64,000 nucleotides of DNA, from assembly GCF_009914755.1 (NCBI RefSeq), contig NC_060946.1; one strand, given 5' to 3'. Made by a program: the position numbers and the translations under genes. Origin of the DNA: the human T2T-CHM13v2.0 reference genome, Homo sapiens. A model generated the notes under the pieces. The model searched no databases. It saw only the letters and a list, made by a program, of their open reading frames with translations, and was not told where the DNA came from. Shown one piece after another: positions 1-64,000 of this stretch (positions within the stretch are counted from its first letter, which is position 1; each line of letters opens with the position of its first letter).

Positions 1-3980
<3,980 letters not shown>

Positions 3981-4533
3981 AACATCCAAAGCTCACGCAC
4001 AGGGTTTTCCTCATTCATTCTTCCCTCTGACCCATGGATATTTGTTGAATCTCCAGTATGTGCCAGGTAGTCCAGACATAGAGATGAGTAAGATAAATAA
4101 GGCTTGATCTCAACCCTCAAGAAGCTTATAGTGCAGGTAGACTAATAGCTATGGTTTGGATAGTGTTTTACAGCTTAATGAGCACTTTCACTTATGGTCT
4201 TATTTAACCTTCCCAGTACCCCGTGTGATCACCAGAGCTAGTTATATCCCTATTTTCTATCTCCTCTGGGTTTTAGTCAATGAGGGCTTTTCTTACATTG
4301 ATACACCTTACATGATAGAACTTGACTTTGATCCCAGCGATTTTTGTCTATAAATCCCTTGCACTTTTTTCCTACCCCAGGCTGTGTTCCTTGTGGCTGC
4401 TTTGTCATCCCTGTCCTGCAGATGAGGAAGCTGAGGCTGCAGTTACTGAACAGCTCTTGACACTTTAATTCCTGGATTTTTTTCACCATACTGAGCTGCC
4501 CTCGGGGATGGACTCTCCTAAGTGCTCCATTGA

Positions 4534-33450
<28,917 letters not shown>

Positions 33451-33826
33451 GGGCAGTGCCTCCCCGCCCCGCCGCTGGCGTCAAGTTCAGCTCCACGTGT
33501 GCCATCAGTGGATCCGATCCGTCCAGCCATGGCTTCCTATTCCAAGATGGTGTGACCAGACATGCTTCCTGCTCCCCGCTTAGCCCACGGAGTGACTGTG
33601 GTTGTGGTGGGGGGGTTCTTAAAATAACTTTTTAGCCCCCGTCTTCCTATTTTGAGTTTGGTTCAGATCTTAAGCAGCTCCATGCAACTGTATTTATTTT
33701 TGATGACAAGACTCCCATCTAAAGTTTTTCTCCTGCCTGATCATTTCATTGGTGGCTGAAGGATTCTAGAGAACCTTTTGTTCTTGCAAGGAAAACAAGA
33801 ATCCAAAACCAGTGACTGTTCTGTGA
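33451..33826 (+). other. ACO2: ACO2 3'UTR (3' end approximate)
   Basis: Follows the stop codon. An A-rich stretch at 33792-33808 is followed by a GU-rich block at 33822-33853, which suggests a cleavage site near 33810-33830. No AATAAA or ATTAAA was seen. Confidence 0.6.
33693..33698 (-). terminator. Proximal POLR3H poly(A) signal AATAAA, inside the ACO2 3'UTR
   Basis: tttatt on +; first - strand AATAAA seen after the POLR3H stop codon. Confidence 0.6.
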
Positions 33827-34119
33827 GTGATTGGTGTCTGTGCCGTTTGTTGTCAAGTCCAGGGTCCAGGAAGGGTCTTTTCAGTCAAGGTCAGTGGAGG
33901 CCCAACAGCCACAGCCACAGATGGATCCATCACTGCAGTGAAGGAGGAGCAGGGCCTAGATGGTGGAGGAGCGGGGCAAGCTGGTGGGCACTCCTGGCCT
34001 TGCCTCACTGTCCAGCTCGAGACACTATCTCCTTAGCATCGGCCTCAGCTGCTGTTGTCTTCACAGCCGGCCATACCACCTTCCCGCAGGCTGGTAGGGT
34101 CCACTGTCCAGCCCCAGGG

Positions 34120-48931
<14,812 letters not shown>

Positions 48932-49180
48932 CCCGGCCTGCGCTGGGGGCTCTGGGAACAGGAGGGTCAGTCACGCACCAGGGCCGGGGGCAGGGAGAAT
49001 CCCCGAGCCCCTTGGTCCCGTCCCAGTCGCTGAGGCCCCCAGGCTGGCGGTGAGGTTGCACGGGGCGGTCTCGGGGGCCCGGTCCGGGCCATGCTCCGCT
49101 ACTACAACATGAGGAAACTGAGGCCAGAGGGAGGCACTCTCCGTCCACAGCTCCGGGTGCGCGCCCGCGCCGCGAGACCC

Positions 49181-49293
49181 CGCCACGCCACGCCACTCCA
49201 CGCCACGCCACTCCACGCCCCGCACCCGCGCCACGTGCCGCCGCTCGTATCACGCACCACGCACCACGCACCGCGCACCGCGCACCGCGCACA
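49181..49293. repeat. Two short GC-rich tandem arrays: (CGCCA/CTCCA)x8 and (CGCACCR)x~6
   Basis: 49181-49220 has 5-bp period; 49251-49293 has 7-bp period. Confidence 0.9.
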
Positions 49294-50068
49294 GCCGCTC
49301 GCGCTTGCGCGACTGCGGGCGAGATTCCGAATCCATCGCTTCCGGAAAACTCACCAATAAGAAACCTCTGTCCACCCCCACCCCGCCGAGGCGGGGCGGG
49401 GCTGCCTGTGTGCTCGCGCACAGCGTGGGGCAGAGAGAGGGCGAGGAGAGGGCGGGGCCTCCTCCTTTCACAGGAGCAGAGCGGTTCCCCCGCCCCCGAC
49501 AGCGCTTTCTGTTGCTAGGCGACCTCCGTGCAATCCCGCCTGATTATCCCTCGCCTGGCCTGTGCTTTACCCGCATTGCTGTCCTCTGCTCGGCAGCCAG
49601 AGTGATCCTTTGGAAACGCAAACATATATTACCACATCTAAGTTAAAAAAAAAACCCACCGCAAACATAACATGCTTAGCACCCTTAAGTGTTCCGGAGA
49701 CAAGGAGAATTGGCAGGAAAGGGGCACTTGGGACTGTTCTGAGATGATGGAAATGTTCTGTATTTTGTTTTCGGTGGTATAACATTGACGTATATAATTG
49801 TCCAAACTAATTGAACTCGGCAAGATTTTTGCATTTATTTGTAGACATTATGTTCCAATTGAAAAGTTATAATAAATTGGAACAAAAAACACAACCCATT
49901 GAACTTAGAATACTAGATCCAAGCCGGGCGTGGTGGTGTACACCCGTAGTCCCACCTACTCAGAAGCCTGAGACAGCAGCATCGCTTGAGTCCAGGAGTT
50001 TGAGGTTGCAGTTTGAGGTTGCATGCTGCACTCTAGCATGGGTGACAGTGACACCTCATGTCTAAACG

Positions 50069-50179
50069 AAAAAGAAGAAGAAGGAGAGGCGGAAGAAGAA
50101 GAAAGAAGAAGGAGAAGAAGAAGAAGAAAGAAGAAAGAAAAGGGAAAGAAGAAAGAAAAGAAGAAAGAAAGAAGAAAAG
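50069..50179. repeat. GAA/GAAA-rich polypurine tract (tail of the Alu monomer at ~49922-50068)
   Basis: About 110 nt, almost entirely purine on the + strand. Confidence 0.95.
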
Positions 50180-50351
50180 TCCAAAACCTTTATGGTAGTT
50201 CACACGGCCCTGCAAGATCTGACCATACCCCCCTCCTATAGCCCCATCATGCTCTGTCTCGCTGACATTCCAGTCTCATTCATCTTCACGTGATAGCATG
50301 GGCTAAGAGAATTTGGTAGCTTACCCAAGATCACGTGTTGACAAGTGGTAG

Positions 50352-50612
<261 letters not shown>

Positions 50613-51021
50613 TAGTAGAGACGAGGTTTCACCGTGTTAGCCAGGATGGTCTCGATCTCCTGACCTCATGATCTGCCCACCTCAGCCTTCCAAAGTGCTG
50701 GGATTACAGGTGTGAGCCACCGCGCCCGGGCTTGTAGTGTGTTTTAACCAAAATAACAATTTAGGTACTTACAAAAGATACTTGGGGTAAATGACAGAGG
50801 CACTTGGAAATGTATGGTGCCTTAATTTGCTGATTTCACAAGCATAGTGATCTCTCAGTGACACTGGCTGCAGTGATGCTAAATGTGGCCTTCCCTGCAT
50901 CTATGATTTTATTTTTAGGTGTGCTTCTATAGGATTTGAGGTACTTGAGGACAGCAGCAAATGCTACTTCAGCTCTTTATTCCCACAATCCCCTAACACA
51001 TTCCTAGGAAGCATTGAGTAA

Positions 51022-51290
<269 letters not shown>

Positions 51291-51404
51291 TAAGATTTCA
51301 CCATGTTGGCCAGGCTGGTTTCGAACTCCTGACCTCAGGTGATCCCCCCCATCTTGGCCTCTCAAAGTGCTGAGATTACAGGCATGAGCCACCGTGACTA
51401 GCCA

Positions 51405-53150
<1,746 letters not shown>

Positions 53151-53524
53151 AGAACCCACATGTGATGCTGTTCTCATTCATTCGTGCATTCATTCAACAT
53201 ACTGTTGTGTACAGTTGTTGGAGATGCAATGCAGAAGAAAAACTGGGCCTCAAACCGAGCTTCAACTCAGAGCACTTGGTGCTGGAGTTGGGGGGCAGCA
53301 GGGTGGGCACTGAGAGAAAGAGCGAGTTTGTACTCTCAGGTAATTAAAAGTATTTGGAGCCAGGCACAGTGGCTCATGCCTATAATCCCAACATTTTGGG
53401 AGGCCGAGGCAGGAGGATTGCTTAAGGACAGTTTGAGACCAGCCTGGGTAACAAAGTGAGATACTGTCTCTACTAAAAAAATAAAATAATTAGCTGGGTG
53501 TGATGGCACTTGCCTGTAGTCCTA

Positions 53525-53692
<168 letters not shown>

Positions 53693-54121
53693 CTAAGAGG
53701 TTAGAGACCTAAGCAGCATCCAGATCAGAGGGCCTTATGATTATATTAACAGCTAACATTCATGAGCACTTACTATATGTCAAGTACTACTTAGGTGCTT
53801 TATATGCATTAAGTTTGATCCTCAGAACAGCTGTATACAGTAGGAGCTATCATCGTTATCTCACTTGCCCAATTGTCTCATTTTGCCTCATCTAAGGTAA
53901 ACAGAGGTTAAGTAGGTCATTCAAGGTCATACAGCCAGTAAGTGGCAAACCTGGGACCCAGGCCCCAGAGTCCCTAATCACGACCACCAGGCTGTGCCCC
54001 GCCATGACGTTAGAAGTCAGGAGTTCGAGACCAGCCTGGCCAACCTGGTGAAACCCTGTCTCTACTAAAAATACAAAATTAACTGGGCATGGTGGCGCAT
54101 GCCTGTAATTCCAGCTACTCA

Positions 54122-54223
<102 letters not shown>

Positions 54224-54836
54224 TCAAAAGAAAAAAAAAAAAAGAAGGCTAGGATAGGAAAATAACACAGGGACATATCACCTGGGTAGACAGCAAATGG
54301 GAAGGGGCTGGAGCGGAGGCAGGACCAGGAAGGAGGTTATTGTGTGGCCGCAGCAAGAGATGGTCAGAGCAAGGCTGGTAGCCATGGAGAGTAACGCTGG
54401 TCAGAGTCCAGAGGTCTTCAGGGGGTGGAATGGGTGGGATGACCTGGAGGACAGAAGTGGGAGGAGCCGACGCCTGTGGGCTTTAGCCTTCACCTCTGAG
54501 ATGGGAAACTGCAGCGGGGCCAGGCTGGGGGCAAGGGGCCAGAGCTGAAGCGGTCAGTGTGTGGGTTACCAGGCTACTGTTACAGTATTCCGCTCACAGG
54601 ATTGCAACAGTGATGTGTTGGCACGTTTGGTTTACTCATTGGTAAAACCAGAGATCAGGCCTCTTTATGAATTCTCCATGTTGCTCCATGGAAGGTTTGA
54701 GGTACAAAAACACACAAGCGGGCCGGGCGCAGTGGCTCACGCCTCTAATCCCAGCACTTTGGGAGGCCAAAACAGGTAGATCACAAGGTCAGGAGATCAA
54801 GACCATCCTGGCTAACATGGTAAAACCCCGTCTCTA

Positions 54837-55130
<294 letters not shown>

Positions 55131-55283
55131 TTATTTGAATGAACAAAATAATAATAAAAGAATTGGCCGGGCGCAGTGGCTCACGCCTGTAATCCCAGCA
55201 CTTTGGGAGGCCAAGGCAGGTGGATCACAAGGCCAGGAGTTCAAGAACATCCTGGCCAAGATGGTGAAACCCCATCTCTACTA

Positions 55284-55442
<159 letters not shown>

Positions 55443-56033
55443 CTAAAAAAAAAAAAAAAAAAGAATTGCTGAAAGTATAGGAGTGAGGGAGAAATAGGGC
55501 TGGAAACTCACCAAGGCAGGAGAAAGAGAGTCACTCAGGATGACTAGGAGCATAGCATTTCCATGCCACAGCACACGAGTTGAGCACCTGCAGGGATGCC
55601 CATGACCCTCTCAGTGCCCCACGGCCTCTCTGTAAAAGGGAAGCAGCAATAGATCCCATCTCAAATGACTGTCCATCAGCAGAGTGCTGGCTGAAAAAAA
55701 AAACATGGTACATCACATACCAGAAAAATGTGAAGCCATGAAAAAGAATGAGAATGTCCTTTGTGTATTGATATAGAATGATATTTAGGATATATTGTTA
55801 AATCCAAAAATACAAGGTGCAGAGCACTGTGTAATGGTGTAATGGGATGTTACCATTTGTGTAAAAAAGGGAGAAAAATAATTATCTAATATTATTTTAT
55901 GCAGAAAATAGCTCTGAAGGGTTCATAAGAAGTGGATTACACTGGTTGTCTCCGGAGTAAGGAATGAACAGCTGAAGCGGGGTGAGGGGCAGTGGGAGGG
56001 GAGAGAATTTTTTCCTAAATGCACTTTGGAATC

Positions 56034-56064
<31 letters not shown>

Positions 56065-56137
56065 ACAAGGTCTTGGCCCGGCGCAGTGGCTCACACTTGT
56101 AATCCCAGCACTTTGGGAGGCCGAGGCGGCTAGATCA

Positions 56138-56419
<282 letters not shown>

Positions 56420-57577
56420 TCATCCAGGTTGGAGTGCAGCAGTGTGATCATAGCTCACTGCAGCCTCAAACTCCTGGGCTCAAGCAATCCCCCAGTCTTA
56501 GCCTCCTGCATGGCTGTAGCTGTGTACTATAGGCACGTACCACTCCACCCGGCTAATTTTTTTATTTTTTATTTTTGTAGGAATGGTGTCTCACTATGTT
56601 GCCCACGCTGGTCTCGAACTCTTGAGCTCAAGTGATCTTCCCTCCTCGGCCTCCCAAAGTGCTGGCATTAGAGGTGTGAGCCATTGTGCCCGGCCAGGAA
56701 TCTTCTTTGTGTGGGATCATGGGACTATATTACCTGTTCAAAATGAATAAAACAAAATTTAAAAAGCAATTAAGATTTTTTTTCACATCTTAAAAAAAAA
56801 GCTTCTCTTGGCCCCCTTTCCTGGCTCCCTTTTCCTCCAGTGAATGCTCCATTTTTCTGCTCCCTTTACTAGCAAAACTGCTTGAAACAGTCGTCTGTAC
56901 TTGTTGGGTCCCTTCCAAACCTCTCTTCTCTCTCCGACCTGCTTCAGCCAGGGTTCTGCCCCTGCTGCTCCAGGGAATATGCTTCCTGAGGGTCATTAAT
57001 GGACTCCGTGTTGCCAAATCAGTGGTAATTCTGTCCTCAGTGGCAGTTTTTGTCCCAGAAGGTCAGACACCCTTTCCCCTGTGGCCCAGCCATGTTCTCC
57101 ACCCACCTCACAGACTCCTCTCTCGGCCTCACAACACTGGTGGGCCTTGGGCTCACTTTCGGTTCTGGGTACACTCCTGCGGGTACCATGCCTCCACACA
57201 GCACCTGCCGCTCATGTCTCCACCCCTTCCTGCCAGCCTAGCCTCTCTCCCTGAGCACGGACTCCACAGCTCCATCTGGTCACTCGAGTTTAACATGCGT
57301 CACAGTGGGACTCCTGGCTGGCCCTCCCAACAAACCTGCTCTTATTCATCTTCCCTGTCTCTTTTTTTTTTTTTTTTTTTTTTGAGACAAGGTCTGTCGC
57401 CAAGGCTGGAATGTAGTATTGAGATCACAGCTCACTGCAGCCTCTACCTCCTAGGCTCAAGTGATCCTCCCACTTCAGCCTCTCCAGTAGCTGAGACTAC
57501 AGGCGTGCACCACCATACTCAGCTAATTTTTGTATTTTTTATATTTATTTATTATTTATTTATTTATTTATTTTTGA

Positions 57578-57730
<153 letters not shown>

Positions 57731-57733
57731 TGA

Positions 57734-57916
<183 letters not shown>

Positions 57917-58781
57917 TGAACTGAGCTCAAGCAATCCTCCTGCCTCAGCCTCCCAAAGTGTTGGGATTATAGGCGTGACCCACTGCGCCCAGCCTCTTCC
58001 CTGTCTTAGAAAATGACTTCTCCACTCTTCGTTGCTCAGGTCCAGGCTTCAGAATCATTCTCCACTCTTTGTCTCTCACACTCTTTGTGAATCCCTGAGC
58101 AAATCCTGTTGTTGCTGTCTCCAAAATGCATCCAGAATCCAACCTTTCTCCATCAACTCCACTGCCATTTTTGGGTCCCAGCCACCCTCAATCCTCCCCG
58201 GGCCATCGCAGCAGCCCCAGTACAGGTTTCCAGGTTCCTGTCCTCACGCCCTGCCGCCTACAGGCAACACAGAAGCCAGAGAATTGCTGTTTCAGTGTCA
58301 GTCAGGAATTTTCTCTCTTCCCCTGCAGACTGTGCAACACCCCATCTCCCTAGAGGAAAAAGCCCAGGCCTCAGGATGGCCTTCACAGCCCTTGGGGTCC
58401 CCCTGCCCCAGGACTCCTCCAACCTCATGCCCCACTCCTCCGCCTGGCGGCTGTTTTTCAGACACCCCAGACCCACCCCCACTCAGGTCCTCCACCTGTG
58501 CCGTTTCCTCTCGCTGAACACCCTTCCAGTCACCTCCTCCAGCTCCTTGCTGTAACGTCACCTTGGTGAGGCTTGCCCTGGCCCCCTGTTTTATTTTTGT
58601 TTATTTATTTTGTAGAGACAAAGTCTCATTATGTTGCCCAGGCTGGTCTTAAACTCCTGAGCTCAAGCGATCCTCTTGCCTCAGCCTCCCAAAGTGCCAG
58701 GATTACAGGTGTGAGCTACCAAGCCCAGCCTTGACCCCCTGGTTTAACCACTCACCACCATCCCCACACTTCCCTGTTTAA

Positions 58782-59213
<432 letters not shown>

Positions 59214-59373
59214 TGAACTCCTGACCTCGGGTGATCCACTCGCCTCAGCCTCCCAAAGTGCTGGGATTACAGGCGTGAGCCACCGTGCCTGGCCTTATTT
59301 ATTTGGGTACTTTTAAAACCTCTCTCACACACCTATAATCCCAGCGCTTTGGGAGGCCGAGGTGGGCGGATCA

Positions 59374-59721
<348 letters not shown>

Positions 59722-59880
59722 TCACACCTGTAATCCCAGCACTTTGGGAGGCCGAGGCTGGCAAATGACTTGAGGTCAGGAGTTCAAACCAGGCTGGCCA
59801 ATATGGTGAAACTCCATCTCTGCTAAAAATACAAAAATTAGCCAGGTGTGGTGGCAGGTGCCTGTAATCCCAGCTGCTCA

Positions 59881-59982
<102 letters not shown>

Positions 59983-60665
59983 TCAAAAAATAAAAATAAA
60001 AATAAAAACCACTAGACATCCAGATGTCACCCAGGATGCTGCTCCCTGGTTTGGCTTGGGCCAAAAGTGAAATGCAGAGAGTCACCAGGTATTTGGTGAG
60101 GGCCTCAGAGGCCCTCCTATAGGGTCCTGTGCTCTGGGGGGACTGACAGGAAATGGAAATAGACACGTAGGGAGATCATTCCAGGTGGTGCCATTGAGAG
60201 GGTCACATGGATAACATGATGGGGCATAACTAGAGACCACTGCCCTCACCAGGGCACCAGCTATAGCTTTGTTCAGAAGGTGAGGACGAAGGGGAACCCT
60301 CAGCATTGAGAAGGCTGGAGGCCTATGGCCCAGAGGGCCCAGGAGTGTGTGTGAATGGATGGATGGCTGAGGGAGACTTGGCTCACAGCCCAGACCAGCC
60401 CTGGAGCAGCCAGGAGACAGACTGCTACCCCAGCCTCAGGATCTCAGGGCAGGGTGCGGGGGAGGTTGACTGGGCCAGAGCCCGCTACCCATCACAGAGA
60501 GCTACTCCCACGGACCTGGGAGGAATTCTGGAAGGAGTCTGAGCAGCAGCTGCAGAAGGAGACCCTGCCCCACGGCCCAGGGACCTCAGCTGGGGGAACC
60601 CCCTCACCTCCCCCATTCTTCTGCCTGCAGTGATTGCTACCCCAGACAAGGGTGCCAAGCTCTGA

Positions 60666-61136
<471 letters not shown>

Positions 61137-61637
61137 TGATCCACCCACCTCGGCCTTCCAAAGTGCTGGGATTACAGGTGTGAGCCACCACACCCAACCC
61201 CCTTATTTTTTATTTTTGTAACTTGTGATTCTACATTTGTCTGTGGATTTTGTATCATCTGTATCATTTGTAGATGAGATGCGAGCTCCATGAACTCAAG
61301 GAGCTCACCTGCGTTGTCTGCCGCTGTCTTCCTGGAGCCTTGGCCATCTGGTACATGGTAGGCAGGCAATAAATATTTGCTGAACGTATGAATGAATGCA
61401 CAAATGATGTGGTCAGATCTGCAGGAAAAGATCTTCCCTGGCAGAAGGGTGGTAGTCGGATTGGAGGAGACAAGTGGGAGACAAGGAGAGAGGAAGGAAG
61501 GACCACTCTGATTTACTGAGTCCAGGTTGGAGGTGAGTCCCACTGTAGGGGAGATGGGCATCTAGGGGATTGAAAAGACATTTCAAAGACAGTGTGGCAT
61601 GGCAGGAAGAATAGGAATGTAATGAAGCCAGAATCTC

Positions 61638-61661
61638 TGTGTGTGTGTGTGTGTGTGTGTG
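61638..61661. repeat. (TG)12 microsatellite at an Alu tail
   Basis: Direct reading. Confidence 0.95.
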
Positions 61662-61695
61662 TTTGAAACGGACTCTTGCTCTGTCGCCAGGCTAA

Positions 61696-61824
<129 letters not shown>

Positions 61825-63262
61825 TAATAGAGACAGGGTTTCACCATGTTGTCCAGGATGGTCTCGATCTCTTGACCTCGTGATCCTCCCGCCTCAGCCT
61901 CTCAAAGTGCTGAGATTACAGGCATGAGCCACCGCGCCTGGCTGAACCTCTGTGTTTTAATACCAGCTCCATCACCAGCTGTGATGCTCTGTGCCTGAGC
62001 ATCCTCATCATCTTGTCACACGGCACCAACACCTTAGAGGTGTATGTATCTCAAAGGGATGTGGATTCAATGCCACATAGGTCCAGGCCTGGCCACCACA
62101 GGTGGGCTGACCGTCGATAACAGGAGTGAGAATTGTAATTCAGGTGGAATCAGTAGTCGCAGGGGCTATTTGGCTCTAACCCACCTCTTCGGCTTCTCCA
62201 AGGCAAGGGAGGCTTTCGAGGAGATGAGCTTTTGAATTCTCAGCTTTTCACAAAAATAGCCTCCACGCCGGAGCCCCTGGTTTCAGCCAGACGATTTCTT
62301 TGTTACTCAGCTGCTGGTGGGTGGGTGGGTGGGGCTGCGGCTGCTCTCTTCCTGAATGAACAGCTGTGCCCTCTCATCGCCGGCTCAGGAATAATCATAA
62401 CACTGCTTCAATGCTCGGCCCAGCCTCCTTCATTCACTGCTCTCTGGCTGCCTGGCAGCTCTGGGCACATGTTCAACAGCCCATGGGAGGGGCCAAGAGA
62501 AAGGAGACTGGACGTGAAGGGAGGGGTCAGGGCCTTGGCCACAGCAGCCGGGCCTCAGCCTCCTGAGAGCTGGCCTCCGGGACCCTGCCTCATGTTCCGC
62601 ATTCCCTTCCCTCACCCTGTACCCTGACACTGCCTCCTTTCTGTTCCTCCGCCACCCCAAGCTCATATACAGCCAAGGGCCTTCCAACCTCCCGAGCTTC
62701 TTCCCTCTCGATGTCTTCTCTCTAGGTCCTGACAAGCTGGGTCCCGAGGTCACCTGGAGTGCAGAAATGTCCGCCCAGCCACTCCCCCTCTGCTGGCCAA
62801 TCAGCTTATAACCCATCACTCAAACAACATGGGGGCCCCCGGGAGAAGGGCCAGCCTGGGCATCCACATTCCAGCTCAAGTCCTGATGCCAGTTCTGGTT
62901 GGCCAAGCCTGGGCCAGAGGTCCTACAGACCAAGAGAGGGGAGAGGTGATTCCCCAGGTGACAACATCAAGGCAGTTCCCAGCAAACAGGATAGTAAGGG
63001 TGGCCAGGGAAAACTGCCAGCGTCCACCATGGCTCCAGCGCTTCTGCTGGGAGGGCAGGTTGGTGTGTTTGAAAAACATAGGTCCACCGGGCGCAGTGGC
63101 TCATGCCTGTAATCCCAGCACTGTGGGAGGCCAAGGTGGGCGGATTGCCTGAGGTCAGGAGTTCGAGATCAGTCTGGCCAACATGGTGAAACCCTGTCTC
63201 TACTAAAAATACAAAAAAAGTAGCCGGACGTGGTGGCGTCCTCCTGTAATCCCAGCTATTCA

Positions 63263-63409
<147 letters not shown>

Positions 63410-63823
63410 TCAGGCTTGGGGCCTCTGCTCCAGCACTCCTCCACTTCGGAGCCGCGTGACTCAGTGGAGCCCCACGAGCTCTCTGAGCTGTTTCCTCATC
63501 CCACCGAACCCGATAGAGCTGTCAGAAGAAGCAGGCAAGGGGCTAGGCGCAGTGGCTCATGCCTGTAATTCCAGCACTTTGAGAGGCCGAGGCAGGTGGA
63601 TCACCTGAGGTCAGGAGTACAAGACCAGCCTGGCCAACATGGCGAAACCTCATCTCTACTAAAAATACAAAAATTAGCCAGATGTGGTGGCACATGCCTG
63701 TAGTCTCAGCTACTCAGCAGGCTGAGGCACGGGAATTGCTTGAACCCGGGAGGCAGAGGTTGCAGTAAGCTGAGATCACACCACTGCACTCCAGCCTGGG
63801 CGACAGAGTGAGACTCCGTCTCA

Positions 63824-64000
<177 letters not shown>

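Noticed and set aside
33451-33830. CAGTG motifs in the ACO2 3'UTR as iron-responsive elements
   Set aside because: None has the 5-bp upper stem plus C-bulge. The known ACO2 IRE is in exon 1, outside the window.

Overview
Human (primate) genomic DNA, very Alu-dense, recognisable as the ACO2 / POLR3H locus (22q13.2, from prior knowledge of these genes). The + strand carries coding exons 2-18 of mitochondrial aconitase ACO2 (4561-33450, 2307 coding nt, all GT-AG introns). Exon 1, with the start codon and the known 5'-UTR IRE, lies upstream of the window. The - strand carries the complete 204-codon CDS of RNA polymerase III stalk subunit RPC8/RPC25 (POLR3H, six coding exons, 48931-34120) and its CpG-island promoter (~48740-49520). 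The two genes converge tail-to-tail with stop codons about 670 bp apart. Both - strand AATAAA signals found downstream of the POLR3H stop fall inside ACO2 (3'UTR and intron 14), so the transcripts should overlap by ~0.15 kb or ~3.2 kb. The region 49.5-64 kb is mostly Alu, MaLR-LTR, L1 and MIR relics, with a candidate regulatory block near 62.2-62.8 kb. Almost all ORFs in the supplied track are Alu-derived or chance GC-rich frames. I found no wholly new gene system. The best leads are the poly(A)-switchable sense/antisense overlap, a U12-type intron in POLR3H, a uORF-bearing 5'-UTR intron, and a TSD-flanked retrocopied insert of composite repeat sequence. Repeat-family names and TF-motif calls are by eye and need RepeatMasker or PWM confirmation.
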